Below, in pieces: positions 49,343-58,895 of a stretch of 64,000 nucleotides of DNA. The notes beneath the pieces were generated by a model that was not told the DNA's origin, ran no database searches, and was given only the letters and a program-made list of their open reading frames with translations. The first letter of the stretch is position 1. The number at the start of each line of letters is the position of its first letter. A program made the translations under genes and the position numbers. Origin of the DNA: Leptonemataceae bacterium (GTDB taxonomy: Bacteria > Spirochaetota > Leptospiria > Leptospirales > Leptonemataceae); the NCBI GenBank assembly GCA_965227295.1, contig OZ245742.1:2048001-2112000 (forward strand), in the 5' to 3' direction.

Positions 49343-49875
49343 GCTGGATGCGTTTCTTGTGCGTCGGCGCGTTTGTTCTGCCCGTGTTCTGTTGCGGCCC
49401 GACGCCGCCGGGCGCGGAGAGTCAGTACTACGACCCCGGCGAGGCGCCCGAAAGTCCGATCTTCGTAGAGCTGGCATTCCTCCGCTATCATGACTACGCC
49501 TTCGAGGGTGAGTCGTTCCCGGCGCTGCTGAAATTCGAGAACCGTAGCGATCAAAAGCAGACGCTCTCGCCGCTGGTGAATGTGGGGTTATCGCTTTTTA
49601 CCGCCGGCCACAAGTATCAGTTCGAAGAAAGTTTGTTTCGCTATGACGAAGACATGCTCGCAATCGCGGATCCACCGGAAGTCCTGGAGCCCGGCGAATC
49701 GTGGCAACTGAGATTGGACGTGCAACGTTGGATTGCGTCCGTCCCCGCGAAAGAGGCGCCGCCTGCGGGGGATGTGGAGTATTTTATGAGTCTGTCTTTT
49801 GCGATGGGGCGGTTGTTGTCCGAGGAGCAGCTGACCGTTTGGACGGAGACTCGGCCGGTGGAGATTCGGAGGTGA
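49339..49875 (+). CDS. Hypothetical lipoprotein (candidate immunity protein)
   Basis: Signal ending VFCCG; ATGA-coupled to the toxin-like fragment. Confidence 0.65.
   Translation: MSWMRFLCVGAFVLPVFCCGPTPPGAESQYYDPGEAPESPIFVELAFLRYHDYAFEGESFPALLKFENRSDQKQTLSPLVNVGLSLFTAGHKYQFEESLFRYDEDMLAIADPPEVLEPGESWQLRLDVQRWIASVPAKEAPPAGDVEYFMSLSFAMGRLLSEEQLTVWTETRPVEIRR
49516..49648 (+). repeat. 133-bp direct repeat, copy 1
   Basis: Matches 51848-51980 with 2 mismatches. Confidence 0.93.
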
Positions 49876-49915
49876 TTGGGGCGTGTTTACCAGATATGCG
49901 CAGTGCTTTGAGCCC

Positions 49916-50950
49916 CTACATGGCTGTCGTGTTATCTTTCAACTGAGAGGCCAAATCGCCGAGGGCAATGTATGTATGAAGGATCCCGAAACGAGCCTGG
50001 TCCAAACTGATAGAATCGTGCACTCCTTTGCAGAGCAAATCATGAATATGTTCGACGTATTCCACAACGAAGAGTAGATGCGATTCTTGAAGTCTTAACG
50101 ACGTACCTGAACGAACGACGTGATCAAACAGCGCGGATAGACGGTTGAGATATTTGTCCCCCGTTACCTTTAGCCTTTTTCCGGAGCGAGTGGTGTATTC
50201 TTCCTTGTCGGCGTAGTCGTCCAGAAACTTGGCAAAGAGACCGTCAGCGAGCTCTTGGAAAACGCGGCGGCACGTCGTTAGAGCTTGCGCCCAAGACTCC
50301 GGATTTCCGGACGGTAGGTTTTCGTATGCTGCAGCAAGTTTGTTCAAAGATTCGGGGGCGATCGACACAAATTTATGGTCAACAGAAATTCGGTACTCTT
50401 GAAAAAGTTCTTCGGACTTCTGTCCAAATTTGAGTTGGTGGGACACTTGCAGAGCGTATGAATGGTAGGCACCCCGAAGTATGGCGAGTTTTTGTTGGGC
50501 AGCGGTTATGACTTGCCGAGTGGTAGATGCTTCGACCGTTACGTTCCTTGAAAGGTTATTCAAGGCCAAGGCGGCATATTGACCTTCGACCGCGACGCCT
50601 TGAGTCGTAAGGCTACCGATTGAAGCATTTGCGGCGGCAATCGTTGCCTCAAGCTCGGACGCCAGTTCGGAGAAAATGTAGCGTTTAGTATCATCTTCCG
50701 TCGAACTCGGTCGCAGGCGTCCCCGAGCGTACCCAATATCGAAGGCTGATTGGAGGATTTTCTTTCCACCTTGGGCGCGTGGATATCCCGATATCTCGTA
50801 TTGCAGCCAGTCGATACCATCGACATCGTTCATCAGGCGGGCGAGGCGCATACACCGCAAGGCCGCACTAGCCGTGGAGAGGGTTTCTAATTCGAGACCC
50901 TCTAGAATTTGTTCTGATAGTACCGAGGCTTGAGTTAGACGATCTTCCAT
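49916..50950 (-). CDS. AbiTii-like domain protein
   Basis: AALRCMRLARLMND...WLQYEISGYP N-terminus; ESWAQALTTCRR, KYLNRL, CKGVH C-terminal motifs; lower GC. Confidence 0.72.
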   Translation of the reverse strand: MEDRLTQASVLSEQILEGLELETLSTASAALRCMRLARLMNDVDGIDWLQYEISGYPRAQGGKKILQSAFDIGYARGRLRPSSTEDDTKRYIFSELASELEATIAAANASIGSLTTQGVAVEGQYAALALNNLSRNVTVEASTTRQVITAAQQKLAILRGAYHSYALQVSHQLKFGQKSEELFQEYRISVDHKFVSIAPESLNKLAAAYENLPSGNPESWAQALTTCRRVFQELADGLFAKFLDDYADKEEYTTRSGKRLKVTGDKYLNRLSALFDHVVRSGTSLRLQESHLLFVVEYVEHIHDLLCKGVHDSISLDQARFGILHTYIALGDLASQLKDNTTAM

Positions 50951-51154
50951 GGGTGTGTTCGGCGCAGAGTATTGCGCATAAAATCTATTCAACGAATTGC
51001 ATATGACTTTCGGACAACAAGAACTGAATAAATTATCGAATCGCATAATCAAGCCGAAATTTCTGAAATCTGCACCTCAAACGGGAGAACAGATCGAGGG
51101 CGGAACAGTTGCAGGAATCAGCAAAAGTATTGCTATTCTCGTGACATGGATTTT

Positions 51155-51204
51155 GAACAGGTGTGGGCGAAGACCCCCGCAGGGGTTTTCGCCCACACCT
51201 GTTC
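51155..51204. repeat. 23-bp-stem hairpin (REP-like palindrome)
   Basis: GAACAGGTGTGGGCGAAGACCCC-CGCA-GGGGTTTTCGCCCACACCTGTTC, 22/23 Watson-Crick plus one G-T. Confidence 0.85.
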
Positions 51205-51407
51205 TGGAATTTCCGCACGCCCACCGATCGTTGCGAGATCCACGGGCATTGTTAAGACTTCTTTCGCCGCGTCCTTTAAGTTCGCCCCGCCGTGCTATTC
51301 TTTGTTCATCAGAAGCTAGCCACAAACACAATAAATAAACATGTTGTGAAAAAATGCTTGAGTTTAAACCGGCCCCACGCTAACATTCGCGCCAAGGAGG
51401 TTAGCAT

Positions 51408-51767
51408 ATGATTAGCATTGAAAAAATCATTGGTGCTCACGAAGGAATGGAAGCGCTCAAAGAGTTCGAGTCCATCCGCGTGGAGCACGAAGAATACCCG
51501 CTGCTCGTCATCGAGTTTCTGGGACCGGGTCCCACCGCTCGCCCCGCCATGGGCGTTTCGCAGTTCATCAAGCAAGCAAACGGCCGCTGGCTGTGCGCTC
51601 GCGAAATGCAGTTCGAAATCACGGTGGACAATGAGTGGTTCCCGTTCGCGCTCAGCAGTGAAACCACCGGTGAGCACAAGGAAGTCTACGAACCCGTCTT
51701 GCAGCGTTTTGGGTTTCTGGACTTGAATCGCATTTCGCTTATTGACACGCGAACGACTTTACCATGA
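51408..51767 (+). CDS. Hypothetical protein
   Basis: AAGGAGG RBS, 119 aa, host-like codon usage. Confidence 0.7.
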   Translation: MISIEKIIGAHEGMEALKEFESIRVEHEEYPLLVIEFLGPGPTARPAMGVSQFIKQANGRWLCAREMQFEITVDNEWFPFALSSETTGEHKEVYEPVLQRFGFLDLNRISLIDTRTTLP

Positions 51768-51847
51768 TCACCGTCAGTCTTCAGGGGGAAAGGTCAAACT
51801 TACGACCGGGCGAATCTTTCCAGCGCACCTTTTCTCTCGGTGATTTC

Positions 51848-51980
51848 TTCCCGGCGCTGCTGAAATTCGAGAACCGTAGCGATCAAAAGCAGACGCTCTC
51901 GCCGCTGGTGAATGTGGGGTTATCGCTATATACCGCCGGCCACAAGTATCAGTTCGAAGAAAGTTTGTTTCGCTATGACG
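51848..51980 (+). repeat. 133-bp direct repeat, copy 2 (inside chimeric fragment ORF starting at 51764)
   Basis: Encodes FPALLKFENRSDQKQTLSPLVNVGLSL as in 49339-49875. Confidence 0.93.
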
Positions 51981-52027
51981 GGGGGCCATACTGGCCAGCC
52001 CCTCGCTTCGCCCCCCCCTTTCAATCC

Positions 52028-53449
52028 CTAACGCAATTCATCGCTTTCGTCGACGGCTTCCGTGCGCCAGTCGCCGCCCAGGGCTCGAATCAATTGCACC
52101 GTATTCAAGTAACGATCGCGGCGGATCTGCACGTCGCGGCGGCGGTTACCCAGTAACTGACGCTCAGCGTCGATTACCACCAGGTAGTTGACGAGGCCGC
52201 CCTCGAACTGAATGCGCGAGAGTTCGTAGACCCGCTCCGAAGATTCCAGGGCCTGACCGTTGGCGGTGACCCGGCGGGCCAGGGCGCCGTCCGCGGCGAG
52301 GGCGGATTCGACTTCGGCAAAGGCCTGCAAGATCGTCGCGCGATAATCGAGCAGGGTTTCGCGATACTGCGCCTCGGCGAGATCGATGTTCGCGAGCACG
52401 CGCCCGCCCTGGAAGAGCGGTACGCCGATGGACGCGCCCCAGGCGCCGCTGAAGTTGGAACGATCAAACAACTCATTCGCTTCGCCGCTGGAAAAACCCG
52501 CGTCCGCCGACAGCGAGATGCGCGGAAAGAGATCGCCCTTCGCCACACCGATGCGCGCGTTGGCCTGGCGCAGTTCTTCTTCGGCAGTGCGAATGTCCGG
52601 GCGGCGCTGCAACAAGAGCGACGGCACCGTCGCCGGAATCACCGGCGGCTGCGCGGCGACTTTCGTTTCGGCGAGCGGTTCCAGTCGGAAGTTCGCGGGG
52701 GTGCGGCCGAGCTGAATGGCCAGGGCGTTCTCGGCGGCGATGCGATCCTGATCGAGGGAATGCAACAGAGCCTCGTTTTCGTTCTTGAGCGCCGTGGCCT
52801 GGACCAGGGGCAACCGGCTGATGAGGCCGGCCTTGAACTGCGCGCCGAGAATCCTTAACTCATCTTCGTTAATTTCTAACGTCCGTCGAATCAGCGCGAT
52901 CTCTTCGTCCAGGAAACGCAGGCCGAAGTAGGCCAGGGCGACGTCGGCTTCTAAGGCCAGGCGCACCGCCTGCTCATCGAACTCCGCCGCGCCCAGTCCG
53001 GCCTCGCTCGCTTCGTAGGCCCGGCGCACGCGGCCGAAAAGATCCAGTTCATACGAAAGCATGAGCGGGGCACGAAACGAATCGCTCACGCGCGGGCCGC
53101 CGTCCGGCCGCGGTTCAATGTACTGGCGACGTTCGCCCGAGGCGCTGAACGAGAGCGAGGGAAAGAAACCGCCCCGCACACTGTCCAGGCGGGCCCGGGC
53201 CTGCTCCACGCGTTCGACGGCGGCGAGCATCTCCAGGTTTTCCTCGCGCGCCGCTGCGATGATTTCATTCAGCCGGGCGTCACCGAAACTCTCCCACCAG
53301 CGACCGTCGTCGGGATAGGTCGCGCCGTCGGCTTCGGCGGCGTAGCGGAACTGCGCATCCTCCGGCCCCTCCGGTCGTTCGTAGTCGGGGCCGATGGCGC
53401 AGGCGCTGACGGCGAGGACGAGGGCAATCGTAAGGATGCGGAATATCAT
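52028..53449 (-). CDS. Efflux outer membrane factor (NodT/OprM family) lipoprotein
   Basis: SACAIGPDYERP, WWESFGDARL, SYELDLFGRVR, LLQRRPDIR, RALGGDW. Confidence 0.93.
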   Translation of the reverse strand: MIFRILTIALVLAVSACAIGPDYERPEGPEDAQFRYAAEADGATYPDDGRWWESFGDARLNEIIAAAREENLEMLAAVERVEQARARLDSVRGGFFPSLSFSASGERRQYIEPRPDGGPRVSDSFRAPLMLSYELDLFGRVRRAYEASEAGLGAAEFDEQAVRLALEADVALAYFGLRFLDEEIALIRRTLEINEDELRILGAQFKAGLISRLPLVQATALKNENEALLHSLDQDRIAAENALAIQLGRTPANFRLEPLAETKVAAQPPVIPATVPSLLLQRRPDIRTAEEELRQANARIGVAKGDLFPRISLSADAGFSSGEANELFDRSNFSGAWGASIGVPLFQGGRVLANIDLAEAQYRETLLDYRATILQAFAEVESALAADGALARRVTANGQALESSERVYELSRIQFEGGLVNYLVVIDAERQLLGNRRRDVQIRRDRYLNTVQLIRALGGDWRTEAVDESDELR

Positions 53450-53485
53450 GCGGGTTATTCTGGAGCATAATGAGTTTCTTGATGT

Positions 53486-54082
53486 ATGGCCGCAAGCAAA
53501 CTCGACGAATACAAAGAAGTCGTCCCGGCGAATCGCAAGGCCTGGCGGCAGTGGCTTGCGAAGCATCATGCAAAGTCCCCCGGCGTCTGGCTGGTCCTCG
53601 AAAAGAAGGGCAGCCGGAATCCGGAGCGGCTCATGCTGGACGAGGCCGTCGAGGAGGCCCTGTGTTACGGCTGGATCGACAGCGTGCCACGCAAGCGCGA
53701 CGAAGCAAGCTATCTACTGCTCATGACGCCGCGTAAGTCCGGGAGCGAGTGGTCGGCGATCAACAAGCGCCGTGTCCGGAAACTCATCGACGCCAGGCTC
53801 ATGACGAAGCACGGTCTTGCGAAGATCGAGGCCGCGCAGCATGACGGCTCCTGGTCGAAACTGGACGCGAGCGATCGCCTCGAAGTCCCGGCGGATTTAC
53901 ACAAGGCCTTCGCGAAACACAAAACCGCGCGTAAGAACTTCGACGCCTTTCCGCCCGGGGTTCGCAAGAACATCCTCGCCTGGATCCACAGCGCCAAACG
54001 CGAAGAGACGCGGGCGAAGCGCATCGCCGAAACCGTGGCAAAGGCCGCGGAGAATGTGCGCGCGAATCAGTGGCGGGGTTAG
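53486..54082 (+). CDS. YdeI/OmpD-associated family protein
   Basis: WRQWLAKHH, EEALCYGWIDS, WSAINK, SAKREETRAKRI. Confidence 0.9.
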   Translation: MAASKLDEYKEVVPANRKAWRQWLAKHHAKSPGVWLVLEKKGSRNPERLMLDEAVEEALCYGWIDSVPRKRDEASYLLLMTPRKSGSEWSAINKRRVRKLIDARLMTKHGLAKIEAAQHDGSWSKLDASDRLEVPADLHKAFAKHKTARKNFDAFPPGVRKNILAWIHSAKREETRAKRIAETVAKAAENVRANQWRG

Positions 54083-54284
54083 GGAAAATCGAACTTCCCT
54101 TTAACTTCGTGAGCAGGGATACTGGCGGATCATGTCGTTTCGGAATCGCATCCTCGGCCTGGGCGTATGCGCCCTGCATGTCGTCGTGTGCAGTCCGAAA
54201 CATCCGCTGTTTGCTCAATGGTCTGAGATTCGCAATGCGTCGGCGGGTACAATTCCGAAAGCGGCAGGAAGTTTGCTCTCGTCT

Positions 54285-54997
54285 TTGCCCCGCGAGTTCA
54301 AGTTATATTCACTCTCCCGGTTTCGTAGATCTGAGATGGAGCCGCTGGGAACTAAAGCGCATGCCTGGTATCGACCGGATGAGTCCGATCGTCTTTCTTT
54401 CCTGTATAAGAGAACTCGAGAAAACACGGGCGAGGCGTGGGTCGAGAAATTAACGGCGGATCTTGCGGCGATGATCGGTCTTCAGCATGCGCGGCAGTAC
54501 CTGTGCCGTGAAGAAGATAGCGCCGCGGGAGTGCTGTCACTTAAGTTCGTAATGCCGGAGCCTCTGCGCGGTAAGAGTCGCGCACGGAAGGCCTTGCGGT
54601 ACATCTCTTCCTCGTTAATGGAAGGAAACCGCATATTGCATCTCTTGAATCCGAAGTACGATATGAAAAAGGTCCGCGGGCAGGTGGAAGCCGCTTTTAT
54701 GAAAAGGGGCGTAGTGCCATCTATCCGGAAGATGGTACCGGCAAAGCGCTTACTTTTACCGAACTCGCGAAGGCCTGTGTCAGTGCGGAGTACAAGCACG
54801 CGGGAAGTGCTGCATATTGCGAGGAAGTGATTTGCAATATTCAGACCGTTCGTAGCGAAGACGTCGAGAAAGTCCTGGAGCTATTCCCGCCGGAAATGTT
54901 GACAGAGGCCGACCGTAGATTTACGCTTGAATATCTGGCTCACAGCCGGGAGGTTTTATCCAGTGTCGCAGAGACTATTCCTCATCTGGAAAGCTGA
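54285..54997 (+). pseudogene. HipA-like kinase with internal deletion and frameshift near 54680
   Basis: EPLGTK..W, FLYK, GEAWVEK, GVLS, LMEGN in the first frame; GRSAIY...LFPPEMLTEADRRF in another frame ending at TGA 54997; catalytic N-x-D-R-H loop missing. Confidence 0.7.
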
Positions 54998-55724
54998 CTC
55001 CATGAACGGAGAAAACTTTCCCATCGGCGCACTGGATTTTGACGGCGAATGCTATGAGTTCCGCTATCTGTCCGGCCTTCGCGCGGCGCGGGAGAAGGGC
55101 TTTACGCTGCTGCCCGAGTTTTCGGACGACGAACGCACGTATCGCAGCGAACACCTCTTCCCGTTGTTCTCGAATCGAATCGTCCAGTCTGGACAAAAAA
55201 AATTCCCGGAGTACATCCGGGCCCTCGGTCTGGAACAGCAAGATTCAAAGTGGATGCCCTTGTACATGCTCGATCGATCCCGCGGCTTACGGGCAACGGA
55301 TAGTTACCGACTCTTTCTTTGTCCGGAACCACAGGCCGGTTGCTTTCGCGTGCGGACCTTTACTTCCGGCGCCACCCGGGATCGTTTTTACGACAATCTG
55401 CTCCGCTTTTCCCGAAAAAAGAATCCCCCGGCAAACCTGCTTTTACGCCGGGAGCCCGAAAACAAGTACGACAATAACGCACTCCTCGTCATGGACGCCG
55501 GCGGCCTGGAACTCGGTTTCGTGCCCGCGTATTACGCCTCCGAGTTAAGCCCGCGCATTCGAAAGCGGGACCAGGTGGACTGCCGTCTGGTGCAGTTCAA
55601 TACTCCGGTGAGTCAATGGGGTCCCGATGTGCTGCTGATCGAGTTGGAGTGCTCCTGGCCGAAGGACTGGCAGCCGTTCTCGACGGGTATGTATGAGGAA
55701 TATCGCAGCGCGGTCAGCGTGTAG
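54963..55724 (+). CDS. HipA-N/HipS-like plus HIRAN domain protein
   Basis: LFLIWK..PIGAL..YEFRY..LFPLFSNRI..RATD; LRREPENKYDNNALLV, LGFVPAYYA; GGGAGG RBS. Confidence 0.8.
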   Translation: MSQRLFLIWKADSMNGENFPIGALDFDGECYEFRYLSGLRAAREKGFTLLPEFSDDERTYRSEHLFPLFSNRIVQSGQKKFPEYIRALGLEQQDSKWMPLYMLDRSRGLRATDSYRLFLCPEPQAGCFRVRTFTSGATRDRFYDNLLRFSRKKNPPANLLLRREPENKYDNNALLVMDAGGLELGFVPAYYASELSPRIRKRDQVDCRLVQFNTPVSQWGPDVLLIELECSWPKDWQPFSTGMYEEYRSAVSV

Positions 55725-56043
55725 ATCGGCGGCGGAACTGATTCACTATTTTCTTCTCGAACGCGCCGAAACCAGGCGGACATTGGCCCTTGATAAGATC
55801 GATGTTAGCTGCGGCTCCGTCCCAGTAGTCTTCGACGAAGTCTCGCGCCAGTTCCGTGCTGCCGTGGCCATACACGCGGTCTAAACGATTAGAGATTTCG
55901 GTAAGTTCGTTCAGGGTTGCCTTTGGGTTCGGATCTTTCTCGGCGCGATATTTTTTCCCGGCGTACTTACCGTAGCCGTTGGGGCCGATCAAAACGTCCG
56001 CGCCCTGTCCACACAAAACCAGTTCCCGATTCTCCATTCGCAT
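55714..56043 (-). CDS. Hypothetical protein
   Basis: Fills the gap between flanking genes; plausible composition; no motif. Confidence 0.4.
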   Translation of the reverse strand: MRMENRELVLCGQGADVLIGPNGYGKYAGKKYRAEKDPNPKATLNELTEISNRLDRVYGHGSTELARDFVEDYWDGAAANIDLIKGQCPPGFGAFEKKIVNQFRRRSTR

Positions 56044-56065
56044 ACTATCTTCCTGAATAGCCCCC

Positions 56066-56725
56066 GTGAAAGGCCCCATCAAACTTGCCCTCATCCTGTT
56101 CGTCGTCTTCCAGACGTTGTTCTTCTTCAACTACACGTTCGGCTGGATCACCGTCGACAACGTGCGCGCATTGCTCGCATCGCTCCAGGCCTCGCCGCGG
56201 GCCGCGTTATGGATCGCGTTGCTCGTCATCGCCGTGCTCGCTGTCGACAGCGTGCTCGCCGTGCCCACGACGGCGACGGCCATCCTCGCCGGTTACTTTC
56301 TCGGCATGCTCACCGGCGGCGCGGCGACGTCCCTGGGTCTGATGATCGCGGGTTCGATTTGTTTCTTCGGCAGTCGTTACGGCGGCGATCGACTGTTTCG
56401 CATGATCGTCCCCGACGATGAAAACGAACGCCTGCGCGATTGGTTCGAGGCGTCCGGCGGGCTCGCGTTGATCATCTGTCGTGCGCTGCCCATGCTCCCG
56501 GAAGTGCTCTCGTGTCTCGCGGGCATTTCCGGCATGCGCACGGCGAAGTACTATCTCCTGTTCGCGGCGGGGAACATCCCGTTCGCCTTTCTCGCGGCTT
56601 ACGCCGGTTCCATCAGCAGCCTGGAGCAACCCTGGCCGGCGTTGGCCGTGGGCGTGGGATTGCCGGCCCTCGCCTGGGTCGTGTGGTACTTTCTTAAGAT
56701 GCGATCTCGTGATATTAAGATTTAG
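56066..56725 (+). CDS. TVP38/TMEM64 (VTT/DedA) membrane protein
   Basis: LAVP...ILAGYFLG...G, LIICRALPMLPEV. Confidence 0.85.
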   Translation: MKGPIKLALILFVVFQTLFFFNYTFGWITVDNVRALLASLQASPRAALWIALLVIAVLAVDSVLAVPTTATAILAGYFLGMLTGGAATSLGLMIAGSICFFGSRYGGDRLFRMIVPDDENERLRDWFEASGGLALIICRALPMLPEVLSCLAGISGMRTAKYYLLFAAGNIPFAFLAAYAGSISSLEQPWPALAVGVGLPALAWVVWYFLKMRSRDIKI

Positions 56726-57852
56726 CGGGCGGACCTGTCGCGGCGTTCAGAAACTGAGCCAGCTGATGCTGCTTGCATAATCCCGTACAGACGAATCAAC
56801 TCATCTTTCCCGCGGAGTCGCCCGCGGCCCGCGTGCCGGAGGCCCTGTCGATCGGCCTCGCTCAGGTACTCGTAGTAGGCCTCACTGACCAGGACGCCGG
56901 CGCCGAGTTTCTTACACGCCCCCTGGATGCGCGCCGTAGTGTTCAACACGTCGCCCATGTACGCGATCTCGCGTTTCCAATCGCCCAGTTCGCCGACCAT
57001 GGCCGGACCCACGTGGATGCCGGACTTGAACTCCGGGACCAGGCCGTAACGTTTTTCGTAGTACTCCCGTCGCGAGGCCAGGCGCGCGTGCACGGCCTGG
57101 ACGCAGCGCAACGCCGCGGCGTTGCGGGCGCCGCGTTCCACCGACCACACGATGATGATCTCATCGCCGACGTACTTGTTGATCTCCCCGCCGTGTTCGA
57201 GGATCTCCGCGCCGGCGTCCGTCATAAAGTCCTGGATCAACGCGAAGAACTGCGTGGGACCGATGCGCTCGGCGATCGTGGTCGACGAGTTCAGATCCAT
57301 AAACATGAAGACCCGCTCCACAATGCGCGGTTTCTTAAAACGTGCGAACAAGAACTTACCCGTGATGCCGCGCCCCACTAACGACGTCATCTGATGGGCA
57401 AAGATGATGCTGATGAAAAAAATAAAGTAAAAGACCAGATTGATGATGACCACCGGGCCGGAAAAGTACTCCCGCACTCCGGCCAGGACCTCGGGATCCA
57501 GCGGGCCTTTGCCGGTGGTCTGCACGTTGTAGAGCACGGACATGAGCACGGTCAGGCCGATGTACAGCAACATCAGGAGACTGCCCCGAATCAACACCTG
57601 AAGCAACAGACCGAACCGCCGAAAGAAGTTCGCGAGCACGAAGAACTCGAAGATCGAAAAGACCGTGCCGCCGATCAGTCCGCCCAGGACGTACGTCACC
57701 AGGTTCTGGGTGGTGTCGTAGTTACCGATTTGCTGCAGGTCCGGTGCGGTGCGAATGAAAGCATCGTTGAAAAACAACAGCAACGAAAACAGGACCGACG
57801 CGACGACCGTTAACAGGGCTTCTTTCAATCGCATGCGAAAGGAGCGGCTCAT
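56722..57852 (-). CDS. Membrane-bound class III adenylate/guanylate cyclase domain protein
   Basis: FMFMDLNSSTTIAE, KYVGDEI, GDVLNTTARI, LRGK; four N-terminal TMs. Confidence 0.92.
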   Translation of the reverse strand: MSRSFRMRLKEALLTVVASVLFSLLLFFNDAFIRTAPDLQQIGNYDTTQNLVTYVLGGLIGGTVFSIFEFFVLANFFRRFGLLLQVLIRGSLLMLLYIGLTVLMSVLYNVQTTGKGPLDPEVLAGVREYFSGPVVIINLVFYFIFFISIIFAHQMTSLVGRGITGKFLFARFKKPRIVERVFMFMDLNSSTTIAERIGPTQFFALIQDFMTDAGAEILEHGGEINKYVGDEIIIVWSVERGARNAAALRCVQAVHARLASRREYYEKRYGLVPEFKSGIHVGPAMVGELGDWKREIAYMGDVLNTTARIQGACKKLGAGVLVSEAYYEYLSEADRQGLRHAGRGRLRGKDELIRLYGIMQAASAGSVSERRDRSAR

Positions 57853-57956
57853 GTACTCAAGTCTCTGCAAGCTGCTTCGAAAAAGCAAGCCCGATGTCGA
57901 ATTCGTTTTGCCTTCGTTCGAGTTGACGGCGGCGTGCGGCCGTGCGCGGATAGTCC

Positions 57957-58742
57957 ATGCCGAAGATTCATCCCACCGCCATCGTAGATTCCGCCGCCGA
58001 GTTGCACGACAGCGTCGAGGTCGGCCCGTATTCCATCATTGACGGCCACGTAAAAATCGGCGAGGGCACCATCGTCAGCTCCCACGTACGCATCTACGCC
58101 CACGCCGTCATCGGCAAACGCAATCGCATCTACCACGGCGTCGTACTGAACGGCGATCCCCAGGACTACGGCTTCAAGCCGGGCGATCCCTGCTACACCG
58201 TCGTCGGCGACGACAACCTCATCCGCGAAGACTTCAACTGCAGCGGCTCCGCGGACCCCGGGCATCCTACACGCATCGGCAACCATAACATGATGATGTG
58301 CGACACGCACATCGGCCACGACGTACAGTGGGGCGATCACAGCGTGCTTGTACCCGGCGGCATCGTTGCCGGCCACGCGGAGATCGGCAGCTACGCCATC
58401 ATCGGCGGCGGCACGGCGGTGCATCAGCACAACCGCGTCGGCGACTACGCCATGGTGGGCGGTATGACGGGCGTGCGCAAAGACGTGCCGCCGTATTCGT
58501 TAGCTGAAGGCGCGGATCACTTTACCTGGAAGGGATTGAACGTCATCGGCCTCAAGCGCGCGGGTTTTACGCCGGACGAGCGCAAGCGATTAAAAGATTT
58601 CTACAACAAGATCTATCGGAGCGGCAAGGGCATGGGCACCGCGGTCAAGGAACTGGCCGAAGATCCGTCTCTGAACGAGCGCGAGCGTATGATCATCAAG
58701 TTCTTTCAGGACAGCAAGCGCGGCATGATCCCGCCGCACTGA
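57957..58742 (+). CDS. lpxA: UDP-N-acetylglucosamine O-acyltransferase
   Basis: IHPTAIV, hexapeptide repeats, PQD, HIGHD, VHQ, KDVPPY, GLNVIGLKRAGF. Confidence 0.9.
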   Translation: MPKIHPTAIVDSAAELHDSVEVGPYSIIDGHVKIGEGTIVSSHVRIYAHAVIGKRNRIYHGVVLNGDPQDYGFKPGDPCYTVVGDDNLIREDFNCSGSADPGHPTRIGNHNMMMCDTHIGHDVQWGDHSVLVPGGIVAGHAEIGSYAIIGGGTAVHQHNRVGDYAMVGGMTGVRKDVPPYSLAEGADHFTWKGLNVIGLKRAGFTPDERKRLKDFYNKIYRSGKGMGTAVKELAEDPSLNERERMIIKFFQDSKRGMIPPH

Positions 58743-58895
58743 GCCGGCGCCCCGCCTGGTTAAGTTTTATTCGGGGCGTAGTTTCGGGAATTTTTTCTTT
58801 ACGCAAATTTTGATTCAGTGGATGCTCGCCCGAGTCCTCGGGATTGCGGTCCCGGGTGTATAGCGTAAAATACTTCACTTTCACAGGAGGCATGT

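Noticed and set aside
52028..53449. Outer membrane factor as the displaced third gene of the RND operon at 35-39 kb
   Set aside because: Plausible functionally, but 13 kb away with unrelated host genes between; no sequence evidence of a split operon
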